Below, piece after piece: positions 26,692-34,123 of a stretch of DNA of 51,403 bases. The stretch's first letter is position 1. Each line of letters begins with the position of its first letter. The notes beneath the pieces were generated by a model that saw nothing but the letters and a program-made list of their open reading frames with translations, had not been told where the DNA came from and made no database searches. Origin of the DNA: Firmicutes bacterium CAG:124 (GTDB taxonomy: Bacteria > Bacillota > Clostridia > Oscillospirales > Oscillospiraceae); the NCBI GenBank assembly GCA_000432135.1, contig HF990602.1, positions 1 to 51,403 on the forward strand, in the 5' to 3' direction. Made by a program: the position numbers and the translations under genes.

Positions 26692-26720
26692 GTCGGAATC
26701 CTCCTTATGAGATTTCCTCC

Positions 26721-26749
26721 ATTCTACGCTATTTTCCCCGCAAACGCAA
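26721..26749 (-). promoter_or_regulatory. Host promoter for CYTH-pncB; last clear host element before the prophage
   Basis: TTGCGT-17 nt-TAGAAT. Confidence 0.65.
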
Positions 26750-26775
26750 GCGTACAGGCAAAAAGGATGGCTTTT

Positions 26776-26801
26776 TGTTGATTGTATAGTGAAGTGCGAA
26801 A
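26776..26801 (+). repeat. Candidate IS30-type terminal inverted repeat (prophage left end)
   Basis: TGTTGATTGTATAGTGAAGTGCGAAA resembles IS30-family ends and precedes an IS30-type HTH gene; partner IR not in the window. Confidence 0.55.
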
Positions 26802-26841
26802 GAGGTCGCAAGGCCTCGGACGCACTTCACTTTTTTATTTT
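26788..26841 (+). terminator. Hairpin plus U-tract just inside the prophage end
   Basis: agtgaagtgcg(26788-26798)/cgcacttcact(26821-26831), inner gaggtc-gcaa-ggcctc, then tttttatttt. Confidence 0.6.
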
Positions 26842-26862
26842 ACACGAAAGGAGGCCGGAGAA

Positions 26863-27117
26863 ATGGGCCAAAAACTCCGATACCTCGGGCCGGAAGATCG
26901 GGCGACTATTGAGCGGCTCCACAACGACCGGGCCCCGGTGGCCCTCATAGCCGAGAAAATCGGCGTCCACCCCGCGACGATCTACCGCGAATTGAGGAAC
27001 GGTTACACCGGGGCCGTAGACAAGTACGGTTTCCGCGTGTATAGCGCAAAGGTCGCGCAGATCACCGCCGAGCGGAATTTTCAGAAGTCCCGCGGCAAAC
27101 GTCAGGCGGCCCTATAA
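26863..27117 (+). CDS. Stand-alone IS30-type HTH (HTH_38-like) protein, no DDE domain
   Basis: YLGPEDRATIERL...IAEKIGVHPATIYRELRNG...YSAKVAQ; AAAGGAGG RBS; 84 aa. Confidence 0.8.
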   Translation: MGQKLRYLGPEDRATIERLHNDRAPVALIAEKIGVHPATIYRELRNGYTGAVDKYGFRVYSAKVAQITAERNFQKSRGKRQAAL

Positions 27118-27148
27118 GGCCGACCACCCGAAAGGAGATTACCATACC

Positions 27149-27640
27149 ATGACGAACAAAGAATTGCAGGACGCATTAAACGGACGCCTCGAGAAATTCG
27201 ACGGAGAGAAATACTCCGGGAAAGAAGCGTCCACCCCGATTTATCACCGTTGGTATATGCACGAAATCGAGTCGGAACTCGAGTCCCGCGGCATTGAAAT
27301 TTTCCGGGCCGCCACCTGGAAAATTGTCGCTGAGATCGACGGCCCCGGGGATTTGCGCGTAGGCTACGAGCCCGTCGCCTCGGTGAATGTGGAGATCAAA
27401 AGCGACAAGCGGTATAAATTCGGCGGCCCCGGCGTGGTTAAGTCGATCCGAGTACAGTTCCGCGAGGACTTGCAGGATTTGACGATTGAGGAAACCCGGG
27501 CCTATCTCCTCAAGGCCGACCTCAAAAACCGTCTCGAATATTGGCGCAAGGAGCGGGAACGTCTCTCGGCGGAGCTCGACAAGGCGGCGGAAAAGATCGC
27601 CGATCTCACGAGTATTTCTATCGAGGAGGCGGACGTATGA
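27149..27640 (+). CDS. Phage hypothetical protein
   Basis: AAAGGAG RBS; C-terminal coiled coil. Confidence 0.75.
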   Translation: MTNKELQDALNGRLEKFDGEKYSGKEASTPIYHRWYMHEIESELESRGIEIFRAATWKIVAEIDGPGDLRVGYEPVASVNVEIKSDKRYKFGGPGVVKSIRVQFREDLQDLTIEETRAYLLKADLKNRLEYWRKERERLSAELDKAAEKIADLTSISIEEADV

Positions 27641-27855
27641 AAACGGCGGCGGAACTATGGGCCGATACGATCAAGAAACAGCCTATCGACGATCTCACCA
27701 TAAAGCACACTTGCGAGTCATTGGAAGAACTCATAAATAAGAAAACGACGGGCGTCCGCCTCGCTGGCCTCCTCTCGCGGGCCGAGGCTATTATTCTCCG
27801 TCAGCGCAAGGAAATAGCCGCCCTCCGCAAGGCGGCGGAGGTAGAGCATGAGTAA
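27637..27855 (+). CDS. Phage hypothetical protein
   Basis: GGAGG RBS, ATGA overlap, MKTAAELW... Confidence 0.7.
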   Translation: MKTAAELWADTIKKQPIDDLTIKHTCESLEELINKKTTGVRLAGLLSRAEAIILRQRKEIAALRKAAEVEHE

Positions 27856-28108
27856 GGCCCTCACTCTATCCGGCCTCATGGCCCTACTCCTCCCGAAAGA
27901 GCGCCTCTTTGTGATCCACCACCTCGGAGCCGATATTTCCGAGGCGGTGGCCGGAGGCACGGTCGAGGAGCTCGAAAGAACGCGGTGCGTCGAAGTGTGC
28001 GGAAATAACATCGTCGAGCGGATCGCCGTTGACGTGGACGACTGGCCGGACACTCCGGCCCCGATCCTCCTCGTCACCATAGGCGGAAAGGTAAAAACGC
28101 ATGAATAA
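27848..28108 (+). CDS. Phage hypothetical protein
   Basis: GGAGGT RBS; overlapping operon. Confidence 0.7.
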   Translation: MSKALTLSGLMALLLPKERLFVIHHLGADISEAVAGGTVEELERTRCVEVCGNNIVERIAVDVDDWPDTPAPILLVTIGGKVKTHE

Positions 28109-28283
28109 CGAGGTTATAAAGTGGCTTGTAGGGACTCCGGCAAGCGACATGAATTTCAAGACGAACCTAAAAAGAGCCACGGCGGCGGAAATCCGGGAAA
28201 CTCTGAAAATCATTGAGGGCCGCCGCGAGGTCAAAACAAAAGAAAAAGCTCTCCGGGCCGAGCTACGGAGAAAGGAAAAATGA
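28101..28283 (+). CDS. Phage hypothetical protein
   Basis: Tightly packed ORF, 60 aa. Confidence 0.65.
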   Translation: MNNEVIKWLVGTPASDMNFKTNLKRATAAEIRETLKIIEGRREVKTKEKALRAELRRKEK

Positions 28284-28300
28284 AAGGAGATCGCCATACC

Positions 28301-29890
28301 ATGAAAAGCCTGATTTTAACCACCCAGGACGCCCGGGAGCTGGACAAGCTCGGCGGGCTCACCATTACGAAGCCCATTAAACCCGCGCCGCGCTATATCG
28401 CGGGCGCCTCGTTCTCCCGCGACGCCGATTGTGCCGACATTTGGCACCTCGTAGGCCAGGACGGAAACCGTCTCGGAGCGGGAGACGGCGTCGCGGACGT
28501 GTTCGCCTCTCCCGTCGAGGTCTCGGACGTCGTATTTATCCGCGAGCCCTGGTATCGCCTCAAGAACCCGCAGGGCGGAGAGTCCGAGCGCGTGATCCTG
28601 GCCGCCGACTCCGTCGTAAAGCCGGAACAGGCCGCCTATAAGTGGGCCTCCCCGGTCTCTATGCCACAGGACGCCGCCCGCCGCTTTGCGCGAGTGAAAT
28701 CTATCGAGCCCGCCTACGGCGAAAACGTAACGCCCGCCTGGTTGATCGAGCTCGTGGCGATCACGAAAGAGGAGGCCACGGCGGCGGAGGCCGGGACTCC
28801 GCTCTCCACCTCGGACGACCCGGAGGAGGCCTCGAGCTATTACGCCTACGCCGGAGACATGAGCGCCGAGGATCGCGATCGCATGATCGCCAAGATCGAC
28901 GCCGACCGCGCCCGTTTGGCCGAGGTGCAAGATCGCCTCATTCGGATTGACCTCCGGCGCCGCGATCTCTCTGCCCTCTTGTTTGAGGAGCGGGACAAGG
29001 TCGATCCCAACGACCGCGACACCCTCGACGCAGAAAATACGGCTCTCGACGAGGAGCAAGGAGACCTCGCCCGCGAGGAGGCCGATCTCCGCGCCGCCCT
29101 CGAGGACGCAAAGGCCCCGGCCCCGACCGTCGAGGAACACGCCCGAGAGAAATACACCAACATTTCCGCGATCCTCTCCGGCCCGTCCGACGCGATCCCG
29201 ACCCTCGGCGACTATGACGCTCTCAAGGCGGAGGAGCAAGAGCTCGCCCGATACCTTGAGCAGTACGACAAGGCCGACGCCGCCGAACCCGATCCCGCTC
29301 CTACGGAGGAGGACGAGGAGATCGGATCGTTTAGGCTCGGAAAGTGTAAGTATTGCGGGCGTGAGTGGGGCGTAACCCTCGAGGGTGCCCGTGAGGGCGG
29401 TTTTCCGACCCAGCGAACCGCGGACGCCGCCGCTACCCGCCTTTGTGATTGCGAGGAGGCCGTCGCCAACCGGGCCCCGGTTATCGGCGTCGCTATGGCC
29501 GTCACAACGGGCGCTTGTCGGTACTGCGGTCAAATCCAGGAAGTCGGGCCCCACCCGTCCCAGGCCGCCGCAGACGACACGGCGACGGAGGTTTGCAACT
29601 GCCCGACCGCACGGCAAGAACGCCGCGTACATGAACAGGTGGCGGACGCTTGCGAGCGTGTGCAACGCCTTTTCGGCGACGACGCCGAGAGCCTCGGTTT
29701 TAAGCCGATCCCCGACGAGGCGGTCGGTCTCCTCGAGAATGTGGTCGAAATGATCGCCCGCGGCCCGATCTCCTCCGCGAGCCTGAACGTCCGCGGGCGG
29801 TGCAAGGCGAAATTTTCCGTCACAAGCAAGGGAAAAATCAAGGTCTCCCGGAGCGAAACCCGCTCTTGCGACCTTGAGGACGGAGAGTGA
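28301..29890 (+). CDS. Multidomain phage protein: ASCH-like N-terminus, acidic coiled coil, two CxYCG..CxC zinc modules
   Basis: VFIREPW...WASPVSMPQDAARRFARV; GKCKYCG..LCDC; GACRYCGQ..VCNC; RBS AAAGGAG favours ATG 28301. Confidence 0.7.
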   Translation: MKSLILTTQDARELDKLGGLTITKPIKPAPRYIAGASFSRDADCADIWHLVGQDGNRLGAGDGVADVFASPVEVSDVVFIREPWYRLKNPQGGESERVILAADSVVKPEQAAYKWASPVSMPQDAARRFARVKSIEPAYGENVTPAWLIELVAITKEEATAAEAGTPLSTSDDPEEASSYYAYAGDMSAEDRDRMIAKIDADRARLAEVQDRLIRIDLRRRDLSALLFEERDKVDPNDRDTLDAENTALDEEQGDLAREEADLRAALEDAKAPAPTVEEHAREKYTNISAILSGPSDAIPTLGDYDALKAEEQELARYLEQYDKADAAEPDPAPTEEDEEIGSFRLGKCKYCGREWGVTLEGAREGGFPTQRTADAAATRLCDCEEAVANRAPVIGVAMAVTTGACRYCGQIQEVGPHPSQAAADDTATEVCNCPTARQERRVHEQVADACERVQRLFGDDAESLGFKPIPDEAVGLLENVVEMIARGPISSASLNVRGRCKAKFSVTSKGKIKVSRSETRSCDLEDGE

Positions 29891-29898
29891 GGCGGGGT

Positions 29899-30174
29899 AT
29901 GGAAGTTACCGTAAAAATGTACCCGGAGGAATACGACCTTTTCCGCGAGTATCAGAGAGAAAAAGCCTCTCTCGAACGAGAAATGAGCGCGGATTACGAC
30001 CGCTTATGCGAAAAACATGGGAATTTGTGCAAAAAAATCCTCGACGCGACCACCGTTTCGGAGGCAACGATTTACGCCGAAGATAAGCCCGCAGAGGTAG
30101 AAAAGGTGATTTCAATAGCAGACCACGCGGCCATGATGGACGCCCGAAATCTCGCCGAAGAATGGTTTTCTTGA
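29899..30174 (+). CDS. Phage hypothetical protein
   Basis: MEVTVKMYPEEYDLFREY... Confidence 0.7.
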   Translation: MEVTVKMYPEEYDLFREYQREKASLEREMSADYDRLCEKHGNLCKKILDATTVSEATIYAEDKPAEVEKVISIADHAAMMDARNLAEEWFS

Positions 30175-30195
30175 GCTTGAGGAGGAGATAAAAGG

Positions 30196-30372
30196 ATGAA
30201 AAGCCCTGTTTATCGTTGGAAAGTATCTCACCCTGTCTATGGCTCCGTCGAGGTCACGGGCCCGCGGAAATACGAGGCCGTGATCTCTGCCGCGAGAAAG
30301 TGGGCCGCCCGCTGGACGCAGATTGCCCGCGAGTGTACCTTTGAACGCCTCGAGGAGGTGGCGGCGGAATGA
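30196..30372 (+). CDS. Phage hypothetical protein (58 aa, below the ORF-track cutoff)
   Basis: GGAGGAG RBS; MKSPVYRWKVSHPVYGSVEV...AARKWAARWTQIARECTFERL; fills the operon gap. Confidence 0.7.
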   Translation: MKSPVYRWKVSHPVYGSVEVTGPRKYEAVISAARKWAARWTQIARECTFERLEEVAAE

Positions 30373-30599
30373 TGGACAAGCCAGAGGCGGCGGAGGTCGA
30401 ACTCCCGCCACCGTGCCACGATTGCCGGAGCCTACATAAAAAATATGGCTCTTGCCTATGCGCTCGCCGACAGGCCCGTTATTGGTGGCTCTCGGCGTGG
30501 AACCTGATCCCGGGCTTGAACCGCCTCCTCCCGGCGTGGGAGTGCGATCTCCGCAAATACGAGACGGTCGAGGACATAGAAAAGGAGGAAAAGTCTTGA
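30369..30599 (+). CDS. Phage Cys-containing hypothetical protein
   Basis: GGAGGT RBS, ATGA overlap; CxxC..CxC. Confidence 0.6.
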   Translation: MMDKPEAAEVELPPPCHDCRSLHKKYGSCLCARRQARYWWLSAWNLIPGLNRLLPAWECDLRKYETVEDIEKEEKS

Positions 30600-30940
30600 G
30601 ACTCTACACGACAAAGCGCCCGCGGGAGCGTTTCAATATTAGGTGGAACCACCGCAAGAGCGCGTTTCGGCTGGCCGCCCGCGGCCTCGCCCTTTATATC
30701 TATCCGGGCCCGCTGATCGAGTGGTCGCTCGTGATCCTGGTAACTCTGACGGCATTTCGCCTGGGCGTGATTTACGCCTATCTCGAACGGGGCTATCAGG
30801 CCCGCGGCGGAGAGTATCTCCTCCTCCTGATCCCGCCTATCTACTACGCCGCGAAAAGAACGCTCCTCGACTGGATCGCAGACCTCCGGCGAGCCAAGGG
30901 TCGCCGAGAAAGGAGCGCAGAAAGTGAGTACACCCTTTAA
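30596..30940 (+). CDS. Phage membrane protein
   Basis: AGGAGG RBS, TTG start; AYLERGYQARGGEYLLLLIP. Confidence 0.65.
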   Translation: MRLYTTKRPRERFNIRWNHRKSAFRLAARGLALYIYPGPLIEWSLVILVTLTAFRLGVIYAYLERGYQARGGEYLLLLIPPIYYAAKRTLLDWIADLRRAKGRRERSAESEYTL

Positions 30941-31133
30941 GGAGTGCCCGTCTTGCGGGGCTCACCTGGACGCGGGCGAGCGGTGCGACTGCAAAGAGAC
31001 CACCGCGGCGGATCGGGCCCAGGCCAACACCGCAAGGATCACGCCTCCCGCCCGCGCCTATTATGTCGGCGTAGACCTTGCGGACGGAAAAGATCATACC
31101 GCGACGGCCCGCGGCCTCGTGGAAAACGGGTAA
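30924..31133 (+). CDS. Small phage zinc-ribbon protein
   Basis: AAGGAG RBS; CPSCGAHLDAGERCDC. Confidence 0.7.
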   Translation: MSTPFKECPSCGAHLDAGERCDCKETTAADRAQANTARITPPARAYYVGVDLADGKDHTATARGLVENG

Positions 31134-31201
31134 AAGAAAAAGCCCCCGACGCTTGACGAGAGCGTCGGGGGCGCAACCACCCGGAGGGAGATTGCCATAC
31201 C
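31132..31201 (-). ncRNA. Candidate ~65-70 nt antisense RNA upstream of the Rep-like gene
   Basis: Minus-strand promoter (31208-31236) followed by a 12-bp perfect stem (31142-31153/31161-31172) and TTTTTCTTTT. Confidence 0.65.
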
Positions 31202-31207
31202 TTTATT

Positions 31208-31236
31208 ATATTATCACCTCCGGGAAGAAAATGCAA
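31208..31236 (-). promoter_or_regulatory. Sigma-A promoter of the antisense RNA
   Basis: TTGCAT-17 nt-TAATAT with TG extension; overlapping TATAAT at 31205-31210. Confidence 0.7.
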
Positions 31237-31273
31237 GGGGCCTCGGCCCTACGCCCGAAAGGCGGTTTTTGAT

Positions 31274-32023
31274 ATGCAACGAGTGAAACGACGCACATTC
31301 TCGGGGGTCGTTTGTGAGCAGGAAGTTTATAACGTCCCGGATCGGATCAAGAGCCTTGAAAAGGCGGAGCCCCGCCCGCGCTTCAAAAATGAGGAGGAGC
31401 GGGAGCTCCACAGGATCGGCATTTCGCGGCGGAAACACGCTCGCCTCATAAATGAGAATTACGGCCCCACCTCATTATATAGCACCCTCACGCTCGACAA
31501 TGAGAGCGAAGTACATACATTCGACGAGGCCCGCCGTATTCGCGACCTCTACGTCCGCCGCCTGAAATACCATGTGCCCGACGCGAAGATCAATATTTAC
31601 ATGGGCCGCGGCAAGACGACTTTTCGCATACATTTTCACATGATTTCCGAGGGCGTCTCGGAAAAGCTGATCCGCGATCTTTGGGGCCTCGGCGACGTAT
31701 TGAGGATCGAACACCTCAGAGAGCACAATTATTATAATGGTGTAGACTATGGCCGCGATTATACGGGCCTCGCAAATTACCTTTTCGACCATTGGACGCC
31801 GGAGCAGGGCGGCCACCGCTGGAAACAGACGAAGAACCTCAAGCGCCCGGAGCGCGAGGAGCCTACCGCCGTAAAACGGAACTACTCGACGACGCGCCCT
31901 CCTCGCCCGCCGAAAGGCTATGTTTTAGTCGAGAGTAAAGAAACTCAATGGGGCTACCTCTATTTTAAGTATGTGTTGACGCCGCCGAAGCATGAGCGGC
32001 GCCGAAAACGACCGATTGAGTGA
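31274..32023 (+). CDS. HUH-endonuclease Rep-like protein (putative replication initiator)
   Basis: Motif I-like YSTLTL, motif II RIHFHMI, motif III-like GLANYL, in Rep order. Confidence 0.7.
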   Translation: MQRVKRRTFSGVVCEQEVYNVPDRIKSLEKAEPRPRFKNEEERELHRIGISRRKHARLINENYGPTSLYSTLTLDNESEVHTFDEARRIRDLYVRRLKYHVPDAKINIYMGRGKTTFRIHFHMISEGVSEKLIRDLWGLGDVLRIEHLREHNYYNGVDYGRDYTGLANYLFDHWTPEQGGHRWKQTKNLKRPEREEPTAVKRNYSTTRPPRPPKGYVLVESKETQWGYLYFKYVLTPPKHERRRKRPIE

Positions 32024-32090
32024 TCGGCCTTTTATGGCCTTGTAAATGCGTAAAGTTTGGGAACGAAGCCCAGGGAAAGGAGTGCAAGCT

Positions 32091-32495
32091 ATGAATATTA
32101 ACGAGCTCGCAAAGGAAGTCCACGAGAACGCGGTCAATCATGGGTGGTGGGAAAAGCCGCCCTCTCTCCCGGAGGCCCTTTGTCTGATCCACGGAGAACT
32201 GTCCGAGGCTCTCGAGGAATACAGAAACGGGAGTCCTCTCGTCTATGGGACGTGTGCTCTCTCGCCGGACGATTGTGATTTTGCCCTCACTTGTGAGAAC
32301 GTGGGCCACCCTGACGCCGGAGGGGAAAAGGCCGGAGCCTGCAAGCCGGAGGGGATCGCGGTCGAGCTGGCCGACGTGATCCTCCGAACCCTCGACCTCA
32401 TGGCCGCGCTCGGGGTAGACGTTGACGCCGTTGTTATGGCAAAACACCGCTACAACCTCGGACGCGAATACCGCCACGGAGGGAAACGGATATGA
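32091..32495 (+). CDS. MazG-like nucleotide pyrophosphohydrolase
   Basis: HGWW, LCLIHGELSEALEEYR, PEGIAVELADVILRTLD. Confidence 0.8.
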   Translation: MNINELAKEVHENAVNHGWWEKPPSLPEALCLIHGELSEALEEYRNGSPLVYGTCALSPDDCDFALTCENVGHPDAGGEKAGACKPEGIAVELADVILRTLDLMAALGVDVDAVVMAKHRYNLGREYRHGGKRI

Positions 32496-32955
32496 TAAAT
32501 TATTTCAAAGCCGCCGAGAGATTGCTTGCACAGCGCGGGAACCTTGAGCAAGCACTCGAGAACCTCGGGCGGCGGCGTGAGCTTGCCTCCACCCAGGCAA
32601 AGGCCGAGAGAGACAATATCAAGCCTCGGCCCTATGCCTCGAGCGGCGGTATCAACGCGCACCACCCCGCCCCCCCTGGCATGGGCCGGATAACGCCCGC
32701 CTGGAACTGGCCGAGATAAACCGGGAGATCGTAGCCACCAGGAGCACGATAGCGGAGATCGACCGCGTCCTCGCTCAACTGGACGACGCCGACGCCGAGC
32801 TCCTCCGCGCCTGGTATATCGAACACAAGAGTAAAGAGCAGATTGCGGACGAGCTCTCGTACAGCTCCAAGACGTCAATCTACGATCTCAGGAATAAGGC
32901 CGTCGCGGCCTTTGCGGTTTTGTACTATGGGGCGGGGGCTCTCGCCTCCATTTAG
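32492..32955 (+). pseudogene. ArpU/RinA-like late transcriptional activator, frameshifted (possibly an assembly error)
   Basis: N-part MINYFKAAE...; C-part in another frame LELAEINREI...LLRAWYIEHKSKEQIADELSYSSKTSIYDLRNKAV; sits just before HNH-terS. Confidence 0.7.
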
Positions 32956-33141
32956 CCGCGCCCGGAAAATTGAAAAAAGTCTGTACGGACAAGACCGCGC
33001 CCTTGTGTTACGCTGGTAACGTGAAAGAGGGCGGGAAAGCCCGTCGCCGTGCGCCCTTTTCTGCCGAGGCCTTGCGCTCTATGCGTGAGGCCGTCCGAGG
33101 CTGGGAGGGGCGCCTCTTTCGTACCATTTGGAGGCGAGCGT

Positions 33142-33441
33142 TTGAGAGAGTTTGCACGAGGTTTTTATCTCTCGAAAGAATGGCGCCGCGCTCGTGCTTA
33201 TATCGTGGCCCGGGATCATGGCCTATGCGTGAAGTGTGGGCGCCCCGGCGAGATCGTCCACCACAAAGAGCACTTGACGCCGGAGAACATCAACACGCCG
33301 GAGATCGCGCTCGGCGAGAATAATCTCGAGTTACTTTGCCGAGATTGCCACGCCCTCGCCCACGCCTCCGACCTACCCACAGATCGCGGCCTCATGTTCG
33401 ACGAGGAGGGAAACCTTGTCGAGCGTGAGCTTTTGTCATAA
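33142..33441 (+). CDS. Packaging-associated HNH endonuclease
   Basis: FYLSKEWRRAR, RDHGLCVKC, VHHK, NLELLCRDCH; GGAGG RBS, TTG start. Confidence 0.9.
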   Translation: MREFARGFYLSKEWRRARAYIVARDHGLCVKCGRPGEIVHHKEHLTPENINTPEIALGENNLELLCRDCHALAHASDLPTDRGLMFDEEGNLVERELLS

Positions 33442-33733
33442 GCACAAGAACAAGCGACGGCGGCCCGTGCAGATCGCAGACACAGGAAGTACACCTCTCC
33501 GCTACCCCCACGCCTCCCGGGTTATCCACAAGCGCCGCGGGAAATGTGGACAAAAAAGCGAAGCGGCGGAAATGAAACACGATCCGCGGCGGAGTTCCGG
33601 CCTCGAGGCCCTCCCCCCCACCTCGACACCCGGGGGATAGCCATTCCGAACCGCTTTCCACCCTCGTTTAGAACCCCCCGGGCGCATGCATAAGGGGGGG
33701 TATAGCACAAAAAGAGAGGAGGTTACACATCTA

Positions 33734-34123
33734 ATGGCAAAATCAAAAATCCCCTATGAAAGCCTCTCTATCTCCGACAAAATCGAGGTAAAAAGAAAGA
33801 AAATTCAGCGTCTTTTCCGTGATCTACCCGCCGAAAGAAAGCAATTTGCGGACGGCCTGATCTATCAATTTGCCGTTACGACCGTCACTCTCGAGCGCCT
33901 CGTCGAGGAGATCAACGCGGGCGACCTGATCGAAGATTTTAAGCAGGGCGCCCAGCAGTTACGCCGCGAAACCCCGGCCCTCAAGAGCTACAATACGACA
34001 ATCAAGTCGTTTACCTCCCTCTCGAAAAGCCTCCTCGACCTCCTCCCGGAGAAAACTCAGAAACAGGCCGGAGAGGAGCTTATGAATTTCGCCACGAAGC
34101 CCGCGGGAGCTGGTAAGCGGTGA
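33734..34123 (+). CDS. terS: Terminase small subunit
   Basis: Position before terL; RETPALKSYNTTIK; GAGGAGG RBS. Confidence 0.8.
   Translation: MAKSKIPYESLSISDKIEVKRKKIQRLFRDLPAERKQFADGLIYQFAVTTVTLERLVEEINAGDLIEDFKQGAQQLRRETPALKSYNTTIKSFTSLSKSLLDLLPEKTQKQAGEELMNFATKPAGAGKR

Noticed and set aside
26863..27117. A simple degraded IS30 insertion unrelated to the phage
   Set aside because: Clean stop, strong RBS, phage-like codon usage, no DDE remnant downstream and direct continuity with the phage operon; not fully excluded
33456..33468. gacggcggcccgt shared with ~2769-2781 as an att core
   Set aside because: Short GC-rich match inside the phage packaging region, not at a boundary; likely chance
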